From: Acidobacteriota bacterium
Lineage (GTDB): Bacteria; Acidobacteriota; UBA6911
NCBI GenBank assembly: GCA_963664705.1
Contig: OY761556.1
Span: 2,464,001 to 2,528,000, forward strand
Direction: 5' to 3'
DNA: 64,000 nt
Shown piece after piece: positions 9,219 to 19,386 of this stretch. A program made the position numbers and the translations under genes. Within the stretch, counting starts at the first letter, position 1; every line of letters starts with the position of its first letter. The notes below the pieces were generated by a model, which saw only the letters and a program-made list of their open reading frames with translations, was not told where the DNA came from and searched no databases.

Positions 9219-11033
9219 ATGACAGCTGAACTATTTCAAAGCACGGATTCGGCTCGCTCCGCGCGGCCGCTGAAGCATGTACAGAATGTCACCTTTGATG
9301 AAACGCTTCAGTTGGAATTGGGCGGCGAACTCCAGGGGATCACAGTAGCATTCGAAACATATGGTCAGCTTAATGCAGCCAAAGACAATGCCGTTCTGAT
9401 CTGCCACGCGCTGAGCGGGGATTCCCACGTGGCTCGCCATGATTCAGAGGATGATCCCGGCTGGTGGGATATTGCAGTCGGACCAGGCAAGTTCGTCGAT
9501 ACCGATCGCTATTATGTGATCTGCTCCAATGCCTTGGGCGGTTGCCGTGGAACGACGGGTCCCAACAGCACCAATCCCAAAACCGGCAGATTGTATGGCG
9601 ATGACTTCCCTACGGTAACCGCAGGAGACATGGTGGAGGCACAGCGCAGGCTGATCGACCATCTCGGCATCCGGACTCTCCTCGGTGCGATTGGAGGATC
9701 GATGGGTGGCCACCAAGCGTTAACATGGGCCATCCATTACCCTGATCGTGTCGCCGGAGTTGTTGCACTCGCCACCTCCGCAAGGCTGACGACTCAGGCC
9801 CTTGCGTTCGATGTTGTCGGAAGGAATGCCATCCGGCGCGACGATAACTTCAAGGCCGGTCAGTATATTGAGGAAGGAACCAATCCTTCCGTTGGGCTGG
9901 CAATAGCCCGGATGCTGGGACACATCACATACCTGTCTCCGCAATCCATGAGGGAAAAGTTTGGAGCGGATCGAATGCAGCCCCGCGACCTGGACACGCT
10001 GTTTGAAAAAAAATTCAGCGTAGGCTCGTATCTGGCCTATCAGGGAGATAAGTTCGTTGAGAGATTTGACGCTAACAGCTACATCCGGCTGTCCCTGGCG
10101 ATGGATCTTTTCGACCTCGGAGACAGCCGCGAGGCCCTGGCAGCCAGCCTTGCGCCGTCGACATGCCGCTGGCTGATTATCAGCTTCACCAGCGATTGGC
10201 TTTTCCCCCCGGAACAGTCCCGGGAACTCGCCAATACGCTAATTTCGCTGAATAAGGACGTCAGTTACTGCAACATTGTGAGCAATTGCGGTCACGACGC
10301 TTTTCTGCTGCCGGACGAATTGCCGGTTTATGGCGGCATGATGAGCGCATTCCTTGGAAACCTCCTCGATGGCAGCCCCCAGGGGCGGGATGATGACGAT
10401 CTCTATGCACATGCCCCAGCCAGCATCTTCGGTCCGCTGCTTCGGAGCCGGCTCGACTACGATCAGATTGCCCAACTCATCACTCCGGATGCGAGTGTGC
10501 TCGATCTTGGCTGCGGGCGCGGATCGCTATTGGCAAAACTGCGCGCCGGCGGTAATCGCAAGCTGGCCGGCCTGGAATTGAATCAGGAGGATATTTTGTC
10601 CGGATTGCAGCGTGGATTGGACATCATTCAGGCTGATTTGAACTCCGGATTGGCATCATTCTCCGATGGACAGTTCGACTACGTTGTACTGTCCCATACC
10701 CTTCAGGCTGTTCGGGATGTGGAAAGATTGATCACAGAAATGCTGCGAGTCGGACGAAAGTCAATTGTCAGCTTTCCCAACTTCGCCTATCACAAACTGC
10801 GCAAAATGCTGAATGAACGGGGACGATCCCCCCTCTCCTCCGGTTTGCTGCGGCACGAGTGGTACAACACCCCCAATATCCGGTTCTTCTCCATTGCGGA
10901 TTTTGAGGAATTCTGCGGGGATCGAAATATTCAGATACATCAACGCATTGCGCTCGATATCGAGGCAGGCAATGTCATCGAAAATGATGTCAATCTGTAT
11001 GCAGATATGGCCATTTTTGTCATCAGCAGGTAA
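9219..11033 (+). CDS. metX: Homoserine O-acetyltransferase fused to a C-terminal MetW domain
   Basis: CHALSG, GGSMGG nucleophile, RFDANSY and GHDAFL. The C-terminal ~200 aa has VLDLGCGRG, SFPNF and WYNTPNI typical of MetW. Confidence 0.9.
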   Translation: MTAELFQSTDSARSARPLKHVQNVTFDETLQLELGGELQGITVAFETYGQLNAAKDNAVLICHALSGDSHVARHDSEDDPGWWDIAVGPGKFVDTDRYYVICSNALGGCRGTTGPNSTNPKTGRLYGDDFPTVTAGDMVEAQRRLIDHLGIRTLLGAIGGSMGGHQALTWAIHYPDRVAGVVALATSARLTTQALAFDVVGRNAIRRDDNFKAGQYIEEGTNPSVGLAIARMLGHITYLSPQSMREKFGADRMQPRDLDTLFEKKFSVGSYLAYQGDKFVERFDANSYIRLSLAMDLFDLGDSREALAASLAPSTCRWLIISFTSDWLFPPEQSRELANTLISLNKDVSYCNIVSNCGHDAFLLPDELPVYGGMMSAFLGNLLDGSPQGRDDDDLYAHAPASIFGPLLRSRLDYDQIAQLITPDASVLDLGCGRGSLLAKLRAGGNRKLAGLELNQEDILSGLQRGLDIIQADLNSGLASFSDGQFDYVVLSHTLQAVRDVERLITEMLRVGRKSIVSFPNFAYHKLRKMLNERGRSPLSSGLLRHEWYNTPNIRFFSIADFEEFCGDRNIQIHQRIALDIEAGNVIENDVNLYADMAIFVISR

Positions 11034-11054
11034 TGCAGCCGGGACCCGCCGGGA

Positions 11055-11128
11055 CGATGCCGCATACCATTCGGACACGCCTTTTGGCCATTAGTATGCA
11101 GCGTTAGCCCGGCTGCCAGCGCTCCCGG
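11055..11128. repeat. Degenerate miniature inverted-repeat element next to a GGGAGCGC REP-like motif
   Basis: ATGCCGCATAC...TAGTATGCAGCGTTA matches the ends seen at 32697, 45566 and 63811-63937. Confidence 0.55.
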
Positions 11129-11379
11129 TAAGCCCATTCCCCTCTCCATTTTTCCAATAAAACAATCCTCACACATACCTGTAACTATACCGGCCGCAAA
11201 GCATCTAATGAACTGAGTGGGTTCTATCGATCAGATATGAAGGGAATGACGCAGAGACGTTTGAAATTGCTCAAATGAGATCTCATAATAATTGCGTGTT
11301 GATTGAGAGCATCGCCATTCCTGACTTGGTTGCTTTCCCATGAATTTCGCCGATCCCGGCATCTATAGCAGCAGACGAC

Positions 11380-14300
11380 TTGCAAATGAAGAAAATGATC
11401 GACTGGAAAGTGGATCTGGGGGTTACTGGCTGGATAGGGGTATTTGCCAGTAACCGAATCAAAAGCTATCGCGCCATGCGTGCGACACATTCCGGCTTTT
11501 TCAAATGGCTCCGCAGGCTTTTGATTTTTGCGATCATTGTGGCGCCCATCATTTATGAGGTCCGAACTTCGGCTCTTCAGTCCTGGGTTCTTTCCAGGTA
11601 TGCGCGAAAAATGTCCTACAAGGTCCATCCGGGCCCGAGTCCCAACATAGTCTTCCCCAAACATGGCCCTTTCGACATTCGCGCAGGTTATGCACTCATA
11701 CCGGACTTTCAGCAACGGCTGCAGGCCAAGGGTTACGTGATTGTTCAACAGGCGCGTTTTTCGCCCGAACTGGAGCGCGCAACCAAATGGGGCATTTTGC
11801 CTCCCTACTCGGAGCCGACTTCAACAAAATTGACCATCCATGGCCCCAGCGGGGAACCGCTTTTCCAGGCGCCGGTGGCAGGTTATTTTTTTGAGAGTTT
11901 CGAAGACATTCCCCCACTGGTCGTGAAAAGCCTTTTGCTGATCGAAAATCGCGAACTAAGCGAACCTGCGGATTCTAGGACCAACCCGGTTGTGGATTGG
12001 GACAGGCTGGCCAAGGCCGCGCTGCTTTATACCGGTCACAAGCTTGGCCTGCCTCTGCCTGTCGAGGGTGGATCTACTCTGGCGACGCAAATCGAAAAAT
12101 ACCGGCACTCCTATGAGGGACGAACCGATTCCATGATGGCCAAGCTCCGGCAGATGACGGATGCAAGCCTGAAGGTTTACCAGAATGGGCAGGACACGAG
12201 GGATGAACGCCGACAGATCATTTTGGATTATCTCAATTCCATTCCACTCGCTGCAGCACCGGGCTATGGTGAATTGCACGGCATTGGGGAAGGAATGAAT
12301 GCCTGGTTTGGCCTTGACCTCTCCGAAATTAAAAAGTCCCTGATGCTGCCGGACGACAGGCCCGAAAAAGTGAAAGCGTTCAAACATGCCCTGGCTCTTC
12401 TGTGCTCTGTAAAAGCGCCCAGCTACTATCTGGTCCAAAACCATGCCGCGCTGAACACGCGTGCCAATTTGTATGCTCAACTGCTGGCAAATGTTCAGGC
12501 CATTTCGCAGGACTTCGCCTCACGCTTGATTGCCGCTCCGCTATCGTTTGATACGCGACGGCCCACCCGTACCCCGCCCTCTTACGCGGAACGAAAGTCG
12601 GTAAATGAAGTCCGGGCAAAACTCGCATCTCTGCTCGGCATGCCGGGCATGTACGAACTCGATCGGCTCCACCTGGACGTGGAAAGCACAATCAATCCAA
12701 ACCTTCAGCACAGCGTAGTGAATCTCTTTCAGCGGCTTCACGATCCCAAGTTTGTCGATGCGGCAGGCCTCCGCGGAGAGCGTCTCCTTGCCAAGGGGGA
12801 TCCGGAAAAGGTGATTTACGGCATGATGCTGTTTGAAAAGACTCCGAAGGGGAATCAGTTGCGCGTCGTTACGGATAATCTCAACGCGCCCTTCGATATT
12901 AATACCGGCATGAAAATGCAGTTGGGCAGCACAGCCAAACTGCGAACACTCGTGAACTATCTGAACATCGTGGCCGATTTACATGCGCAACTGTCCGCTT
13001 TGGATTCAGCCTCGCTGCTGAAACAAAAAGAAGATGCGCGCGATCCCATTACGCTCTGGGCAGCGGAGACCCTGGAGCAGAATTCGGGCATCAACCTCGA
13101 AGCCTTTTTGCAGCTTGCACTGGATCGAACCTATTCCGGAAACCCGGGCGAGGCATTTTTTACCGGTGGAGGGCTCCACACCTTCGGCAATTTTGAAAAG
13201 GCGGAAAATGGCCGTATCTACACGGTTCGGGAAGCCACGGCTCTGTCGGTGAATTTGTCTTACATCCGCCTGATGAGGGACCTGGTGCGCTATTACCAGG
13301 CTCGATTGCCCTACGATACAACCGCCGTTCTCTCCGATATGGATAATCCGATCCGTCGTAAACTCCTGCAGGAAATTGCCGACGAGGAATCAAAATACTT
13401 CCTGTACGAATCCTATAAATCGTTCAGGAAGCAGTCTCCGGATGAAATCATCAAAAACCTGCTGGGGAAAAAGGCTGATTCCGATCGCCATCTGGCCATA
13501 TTGTTTTATGCCTGGAATCACGAGGGAGATGCGGCGGCTCTGGCCGACTGGATACAGAAACGACTGGGAGATGCACCGCCCGCGCAAGTCGCCAAACTGG
13601 CGAAAGCCTATGGCAACCCTCAGCTCAACCTTTCCGATTACGGCTACCTCCTTGGTATTCATCCCTTGAAGGTCTGGGCTGCAGGGGAAGTGGCCAAAGA
13701 CGCAGCCATCTCCTGGGATCAGCTCTGGGATGACAGCAGCGAAGCAAGGAAAATATCCGCAGCATGGCTTTTCAAGACGCGAAATCGATCCGCGCAGGAT
13801 TTGCGGCTGCACATTCGATTTGAACAGGACGCGTTTTTGCGCATGACACCGCAATGGAAACGCATCGGATTCCCCTTTGACAAGCTTGTCCCTTCCCTTG
13901 CCACTGCGATAGGAAGTTCCGGTGACCGCCCGGAAGCGCTGGCGCAGCTCATGGGCATCCTGCTAAATGACGGCGTATTGAAGCCGACAGTCCGAATGGG
14001 CCAATTGCGTTTTGCGGCCGGCACACCCTATGAAACGATTTTCGGACCCGTGCAGCCGGAAGGTACCCGGGTCATGCCGCCTCAAGTAGCCCATGCGATT
14101 CTCCCTGTCTTGGCTCAGGTCGTTCAACACGGAACTGCCGTCCGACTTGCCAATGCCTATAAAGTCGGGAATAGACAGTTGACCGTGGGAGGCAAAACCG
14201 GATCAGGAGACAACCGATTTGATGCAGTCGGAAAAGGCGGCCAGGTCATTTCCTCCCGGCCCATCGACCGAACTGCCGTTTTTGTCTTTTATATCGAGAA

Positions 14301-14574
14301 CCGCTATTTTGGAGTGATTACCGTTTTCGTCCCGGGAAAGGAAGCCGGAGACTACGCATTCACCAGTTCCCTGCCCGTCGCGATCCTAAAGCTGCTGGCC
14401 CCCGATATTGAAAACCTCTGGCAGCAATCTCCGGGCGCACAGTCCAACGGAGTCGTTGTGGTCTCCAATCCATCCGTAAACCATGCCCCAGCCACCGCAC
14501 CCGCTGCGCTATCCAAGCCCAAACAATCGCCCGTAGTCCTCGAAGTTCTCCGAACCAAGCCGGGAGCAGAATGA
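11380..14574 (+). CDS. Large class A penicillin-binding protein (transglycosylase/transpeptidase); true start probably near 11477
   Basis: N-terminal TM helix, GT51-like IENRE and GGSTLATQIEK, ILDYLN, transpeptidase motifs GSTAK, SVN and KTG. Confidence 0.85.
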   Translation: MQMKKMIDWKVDLGVTGWIGVFASNRIKSYRAMRATHSGFFKWLRRLLIFAIIVAPIIYEVRTSALQSWVLSRYARKMSYKVHPGPSPNIVFPKHGPFDIRAGYALIPDFQQRLQAKGYVIVQQARFSPELERATKWGILPPYSEPTSTKLTIHGPSGEPLFQAPVAGYFFESFEDIPPLVVKSLLLIENRELSEPADSRTNPVVDWDRLAKAALLYTGHKLGLPLPVEGGSTLATQIEKYRHSYEGRTDSMMAKLRQMTDASLKVYQNGQDTRDERRQIILDYLNSIPLAAAPGYGELHGIGEGMNAWFGLDLSEIKKSLMLPDDRPEKVKAFKHALALLCSVKAPSYYLVQNHAALNTRANLYAQLLANVQAISQDFASRLIAAPLSFDTRRPTRTPPSYAERKSVNEVRAKLASLLGMPGMYELDRLHLDVESTINPNLQHSVVNLFQRLHDPKFVDAAGLRGERLLAKGDPEKVIYGMMLFEKTPKGNQLRVVTDNLNAPFDINTGMKMQLGSTAKLRTLVNYLNIVADLHAQLSALDSASLLKQKEDARDPITLWAAETLEQNSGINLEAFLQLALDRTYSGNPGEAFFTGGGLHTFGNFEKAENGRIYTVREATALSVNLSYIRLMRDLVRYYQARLPYDTTAVLSDMDNPIRRKLLQEIADEESKYFLYESYKSFRKQSPDEIIKNLLGKKADSDRHLAILFYAWNHEGDAAALADWIQKRLGDAPPAQVAKLAKAYGNPQLNLSDYGYLLGIHPLKVWAAGEVAKDAAISWDQLWDDSSEARKISAAWLFKTRNRSAQDLRLHIRFEQDAFLRMTPQWKRIGFPFDKLVPSLATAIGSSGDRPEALAQLMGILLNDGVLKPTVRMGQLRFAAGTPYETIFGPVQPEGTRVMPPQVAHAILPVLAQVVQHGTAVRLANAYKVGNRQLTVGGKTGSGDNRFDAVGKGGQVISSRPIDRTAVFVFYIENRYFGVITVFVPGKEAGDYAFTSSLPVAILKLLAPDIENLWQQSPGAQSNGVVVVSNPSVNHAPATAPAALSKPKQSPVVLEVLRTKPGAE

Positions 14575-14639
14575 AACGCTTCGATTCAAAACCGAATTCG
14601 GGCTAACGAACTGATAGGAGTTTGCGGTACTCTTCAATC

Positions 14640-16175
14640 ATGGAAGCAAACCCTTTACGCCATGGCAGCCTTCGATTGCACCGCACGCCCGAACCCTGCT
14701 CAATGATCATCTTTGGAGGTTCCGGGGATCTGACGCGACGCAAGCTTATCCCCGCACTTTTCCGGCTCTCCCAGCAACGCATGATCCCCGCCGGTTTCAC
14801 CATCATCGGCATGGCACGATCGCCCATGAGCGATGAACAATATCGGTCCATGCTGCGGACATGGATAGAAAAGGAAACGGGCCCGCTGACGGACTCCGCG
14901 CGATGGGACAGTTTTGCCCAGGGCATTCATTATCTCTCGGCGGATTACCATGACCCGGCCGTGTACAGTGGTCTCAAATCAAGTCTTTCGAACACCGAGG
15001 CGGCACGTAAAACTGCAGGCAACCGCATCTATTACCTTGCCACGGCTCCAGGCGATTATGATGGCATCATTCGCAACCTAGGCCAGAGTGGGATGGGGAT
15101 CGAGCATGCGGAAGGAAAGGGCTGGGTTCGCATCATTGTCGAAAAGCCCTTTGGAAGAGACCTGAATTCCGCCCGCGCGTTGAACAACGTGGTCAGCTCC
15201 GTTTTCCGAGAAGAACAGGTATACCGCATCGATCATTATCTGGGAAAAGAGACCGTGCAGAATATCCTGGTCTTCCGATTTGCGAACGGAATGTTTGAAC
15301 CGCTCTGGAATAGACAGTTCATTGAACAAGTCCAAATTACTGCCGCGGAAGATATCGGGGTCGGCACCCGCGGTCCTTACTATGAGCAATCCGGCGCACT
15401 TCGTGACATGGTTCAGAATCACATCATGCAGCTATTAGCGCTTGTGGCGATGGAACCACCACCCGATTTCAGCCCGGATGCGGTCCGCAGCGAGAAAGCG
15501 AAAGTGCTGCACTCTATCCGCCCATTCTCAACCGAGGATGTTCGCCGCTATTCTGTGCGCGCCCAATATGTGCAAGGCCGGATAAGCGGAAAGGAGGTTC
15601 CGGGCTATCTCTCGGAAAAGGGAGTGGCGCCCGATTCAAAAACCGAGACCTTCGCCGCCGTTCGATTCAATATCGATAACTGGAGGTGGGCGAACGTCCC
15701 CTTTTATATCCGGACTGGCAAAAATCTGCCCAAGCGGGTTACGGAAATCGCCATCGTTTTTCAGCGCACGCCACACTTTATCTTCCGCAATGCGCCGTCA
15801 ACCCATGTTGAGTCCAATGTCCTGGTATTTCGCATTCAACCTGACGAAGGAATCAACCTCAAGATAATCGCCAAGATGCCGGGGCAGTCCATGGAAATGC
15901 GGCCGGTAAACATGGATTTTCGCTACGGCAGCACTTTTGGGTTCCATCTCGCGGATGCCTACGAACGCCTCCTCCTCGATTGCATGTCGGGAGATCCGAC
16001 TCTTTTTGATCGCATCGATTCGGTTGAAGCGGCATGGACGCTTATCCAGCCTTTCCTGGAGGTTTGGCATAACGATGCTTTGTCTCGCCTGCCTCAATAT
16101 GCATCCGGCTCCTGGGGGCCGGCTGAAGCGGATGCGCTTCTGGCGCAAGACAATCATGCATGGCGGCTGCTATGA
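14640..16175 (+). CDS. zwf: Glucose-6-phosphate 1-dehydrogenase
   Basis: [34 protein letters not shown] and AYERLL. Confidence 0.96.
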   Translation: MEANPLRHGSLRLHRTPEPCSMIIFGGSGDLTRRKLIPALFRLSQQRMIPAGFTIIGMARSPMSDEQYRSMLRTWIEKETGPLTDSARWDSFAQGIHYLSADYHDPAVYSGLKSSLSNTEAARKTAGNRIYYLATAPGDYDGIIRNLGQSGMGIEHAEGKGWVRIIVEKPFGRDLNSARALNNVVSSVFREEQVYRIDHYLGKETVQNILVFRFANGMFEPLWNRQFIEQVQITAAEDIGVGTRGPYYEQSGALRDMVQNHIMQLLALVAMEPPPDFSPDAVRSEKAKVLHSIRPFSTEDVRRYSVRAQYVQGRISGKEVPGYLSEKGVAPDSKTETFAAVRFNIDNWRWANVPFYIRTGKNLPKRVTEIAIVFQRTPHFIFRNAPSTHVESNVLVFRIQPDEGINLKIIAKMPGQSMEMRPVNMDFRYGSTFGFHLADAYERLLLDCMSGDPTLFDRIDSVEAAWTLIQPFLEVWHNDALSRLPQYASGSWGPAEADALLAQDNHAWRLL

Positions 16176-17317
16176 ACAACTCCATAACGGCAGCTACAGC
16201 GCCCAGAGAAGTCGATATTGGCCATGTCGAAAAGGAACTGTCGTCCCTTTGGCAATCGTCGGGAGACCCGGGCACCCATACCGCGATGCGGGCTTCCTCC
16301 TGCAATCTGCTGGTCTTCGCACGAAACAGAACGGTCGCCGAGGAATTTCCGGACATCCTCGCCCGCATCGCTGAATGGCATCCATGCCGGTCCATTGTTG
16401 CTTATGTTGAACCGGACGCCAGGCTGGAAGCTCCCGACATGCATGCCTGGATCCGTGTCCTTTGCCAGCTTCCTCCCTCCGGCGGCTCCCGCGTCTGCTG
16501 CGAAACAATCCTGCTCGCGACGCGCAACCGGGCAAAGCCGGATCTGCCCGATACCGTGTCCACTCTCCTGATCCCGGACTTGCCGGTATACCTTTACTGG
16601 CGGTCATTTCGTGCTGAAGATCAGGACATCATCGAACGATTGGCCCGTTTTTCGCGCCTGATGATTGTGGATTCGCATCAAACCAGGGAAAATCCCCAGG
16701 CGAGGCTGGAGGTCCTTCAGCTATTGGTCGACTGCCCGGCGGAAGTGGAAATGAGGGATTTGAACTGGAGTCGGATCACCGCCTGGCGCGATCTCATTGC
16801 ACAGTTTTTCGATTCGACTGCGACGGGTCATTATGTCCGCGAAATTTCCGAGGTGGAAATCACACGGAATCTCTCCGCACCCGATAGCATTCCGACCAGG
16901 ACTCTTCTTCTAACCGGCTGGCTGGCATCCAGCCTTGGATGGCGGCGTGTAACCGCAAAGCGCTCCGGGAACCAATGGATTTCCATCTGGAACTGCCAGG
17001 GGCGCGAGGTACGCGTTACCTTTACAGGCACCGTCGCAGATGAGGGACAAATTCCTGGGATTCACAGCGTCATACTTCGCACCGGCAGCCAAGCGGAGTT
17101 TTCTGTTTCCGTTGAAAGAAGCTCTCAATCCATTACGGCCGTGGCAACCATCGGCGGGACACGCATTATTCACTCTGTCCCGGATGAACCTCTGGACGAG
17201 GCATCGCTGCTGATACGAGAGTTATCGACTTCCGGAAAAGATGAGGCATTTACCGCCGCACTGGCGGAAGCCTGCGATTTGGAAAAAGCCTTCCGCGATA
17301 GCAACCCGAAGGATTGA
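16172..17317 (+). CDS. opcA: G6PDH assembly protein OpcA
   Basis: ATGA overlap with zwf; [30 protein letters not shown] and GWLASSLGW. Confidence 0.9.
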   Translation: MNNSITAATAPREVDIGHVEKELSSLWQSSGDPGTHTAMRASSCNLLVFARNRTVAEEFPDILARIAEWHPCRSIVAYVEPDARLEAPDMHAWIRVLCQLPPSGGSRVCCETILLATRNRAKPDLPDTVSTLLIPDLPVYLYWRSFRAEDQDIIERLARFSRLMIVDSHQTRENPQARLEVLQLLVDCPAEVEMRDLNWSRITAWRDLIAQFFDSTATGHYVREISEVEITRNLSAPDSIPTRTLLLTGWLASSLGWRRVTAKRSGNQWISIWNCQGREVRVTFTGTVADEGQIPGIHSVILRTGSQAEFSVSVERSSQSITAVATIGGTRIIHSVPDEPLDEASLLIRELSTSGKDEAFTAALAEACDLEKAFRDSNPKD

Positions 17318-17331
17318 TATCCAGCACCCGA

Positions 17332-18237
17332 CTATTGGGAATTCCCACCGATCCGCAACTGGAGGCGCGCCCAGTCGTCGTCCACATCCCTCTGAATATT
17401 GCCGATCTCCTCTTCGGTCAGGTGCTTGAACCGACCCTGTTTAGCCAGGTACTCGCGCACGGGCAGGCATCGGGGTTTGTGGTTGAGCGTATACTTCGTC
17501 CCGTTCTCGACTTCATACAGCGGAAATACATTCGTCTCGACCGCAAGGATCGAAAGCTCCGGCGATATATCTGAGGTGGTTCGCCACCCGGTCGGACATG
17601 GAACGAGCATGTGGATGAACTTGGTCCCGCGGATACTTTTCGCCTTCAGGATCTTCCGTCGAAGATCTTGCGGAAAGCCAATGGCGGCCGTCGCGGAATA
17701 CGGATTGTAGTGCGCCGCCATGATTTCCATGATGTTCTTCTTGCGGCGGGGATTCCCTTTCGGCGTGGTTCCCGTCCACGCATACGAGGGAGTTGCGGAA
17801 CTCACCTGTATCCCCGTATTCATATAAGCTTCGTTATCCAGGCAGACATAAATAATATCGTCATTATTTTTGGTTACACCCGAGAGAGACTGCAGTCCGA
17901 TATCGAAGGTTCCACCATCGCCGGCGAAGGCAACTACCTGGACGTCATCCTTCCCCTGGATCTTGAGTGCATTGGCAATGCCTGCCGCAGTGGGAGCCGC
18001 AATCTCAAAAGCGGAGTGGAAAGTGGAAACGCCGTATGCCGTGACCGGGTAGACGCCGCCGATAGATCCTTCACAGGATGGAACAATCACCGCAATGGTG
18101 CGAGGCCCCATCGTTTGAAATACCAGCCTCATGCCGGCGGCAAGTCCGCAGCCAGGGCAGGCTGCGTGCCCTGGTCGCAAAAAATTCTGCTCTGATCCAG
18201 ATGCAAGCATAGATGAATATCCTCTGAGTCCTCTCAT
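17332..18237 (-). CDS. porB: 2-oxoacid (pyruvate) oxidoreductase beta subunit (TPP-binding)
   Basis: ACPGCG, GDGGTFDIG...DNEAYMNTG and PCPTGW. Confidence 0.92.
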   Translation of the reverse strand: MRGLRGYSSMLASGSEQNFLRPGHAACPGCGLAAGMRLVFQTMGPRTIAVIVPSCEGSIGGVYPVTAYGVSTFHSAFEIAAPTAAGIANALKIQGKDDVQVVAFAGDGGTFDIGLQSLSGVTKNNDDIIYVCLDNEAYMNTGIQVSSATPSYAWTGTTPKGNPRRKKNIMEIMAAHYNPYSATAAIGFPQDLRRKILKAKSIRGTKFIHMLVPCPTGWRTTSDISPELSILAVETNVFPLYEVENGTKYTLNHKPRCLPVREYLAKQGRFKHLTEEEIGNIQRDVDDDWARLQLRIGGNSQ

Positions 18238-19386
18238 TCATTCCATAATCCATTCCGGCGCATCCACCGGAACAGATCGGCTCATGGTCTCGAGCGCAAT
18301 TTTCCGAATTGTGTCAGGGTTGACATCCGTTCCGCCACTACCCGCAATGTAGCTGTAAACCAGCGGGCGATCCGCAGAATGAACAAGAGCAGACTTCAAT
18401 TCCTGGCAGAAGATTCCGCCGCCGCCCACTGAAAAATTGCGGTCAATCACGGCGACTTTCTTCTTCCCCGACAACGCCTGCTGAATGGCCTCAACCGGGA
18501 ACGGCCTGAATGCACGTAATTTCAACATCCCGACCTTCAGCCCTTCCTCGCGCATCTGGCTCACCGCCAGTCTGGTCGTGCTTGTCATGGAACCTACGGC
18601 AACAAGAACAACATCCGCATTGTCCATCATGTAGGGCTCTACCAATCCGTACCCTCTCCCGAATTTCGCCTGGAATTCCTGGTCGACCTGTCGGGCAATG
18701 GTTTTGACGGATTCCATACCCACATGAGCCAGGTGCTTGTACTCCCGATACTTTTCGGATGACACGACCGGGACAAGAAATCCGGGCTTATCGACGTCGA
18801 ACCTGTGAGGCAGGTCCAGCGGGGGCAGGAATGAATCCACCTGTTCCTGATCCGGCACTTCCACCGGCTCGACAAAATGAGACACATAAAATGCATCGAC
18901 GCAGACCATCACCGGCAAATAGACCTGCTCAGCAATTTTGTATGCCTGGATAACCGTATCCAAAGCCTCCTGCCCGTTCTCGCAATAAAACTGCATCCAC
19001 CCTGTATCTCGCTGGGACAGGCTGTCCAGATGGTCCGCCCAAAATCCCCAGGGTGCCGAAATAATCCGATTCACGTTGACCATCACAATCGGAAGCCGGC
19101 AGCCCGCGGCAAAGTGCAGCATTTCATGCATCAGCCCGAGCCCCTGGGAAGAGGTGGCGGTAAATGTTCTTACTCCGGTCAGGGACGCACCAATGCATGA
19201 AGCCATTGCCGAGTGCTCGGACTCCGTGCGCATCATGATCCCCTTCAGTTGACCGGAAGCCTCCCAGCTTGAAAGCCGCTCATAAATGGATGTCTGCGGC
19301 GTAATCGGATATGCGGCGATCAGCGGCGTTCGGCAGAGCGAAACGGCATTCGCCACGGCATCGTTGCCGGACATGAACTCTCTCAT
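18238..19386 (-). CDS. porA: 2-oxoacid (pyruvate) oxidoreductase alpha subunit
   Basis: AYPITPQT, ESEHSA, TATSSQGL and FRPFP. Confidence 0.92.
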   Translation of the reverse strand: MREFMSGNDAVANAVSLCRTPLIAAYPITPQTSIYERLSSWEASGQLKGIMMRTESEHSAMASCIGASLTGVRTFTATSSQGLGLMHEMLHFAAGCRLPIVMVNVNRIISAPWGFWADHLDSLSQRDTGWMQFYCENGQEALDTVIQAYKIAEQVYLPVMVCVDAFYVSHFVEPVEVPDQEQVDSFLPPLDLPHRFDVDKPGFLVPVVSSEKYREYKHLAHVGMESVKTIARQVDQEFQAKFGRGYGLVEPYMMDNADVVLVAVGSMTSTTRLAVSQMREEGLKVGMLKLRAFRPFPVEAIQQALSGKKKVAVIDRNFSVGGGGIFCQELKSALVHSADRPLVYSYIAGSGGTDVNPDTIRKIALETMSRSVPVDAPEWIME

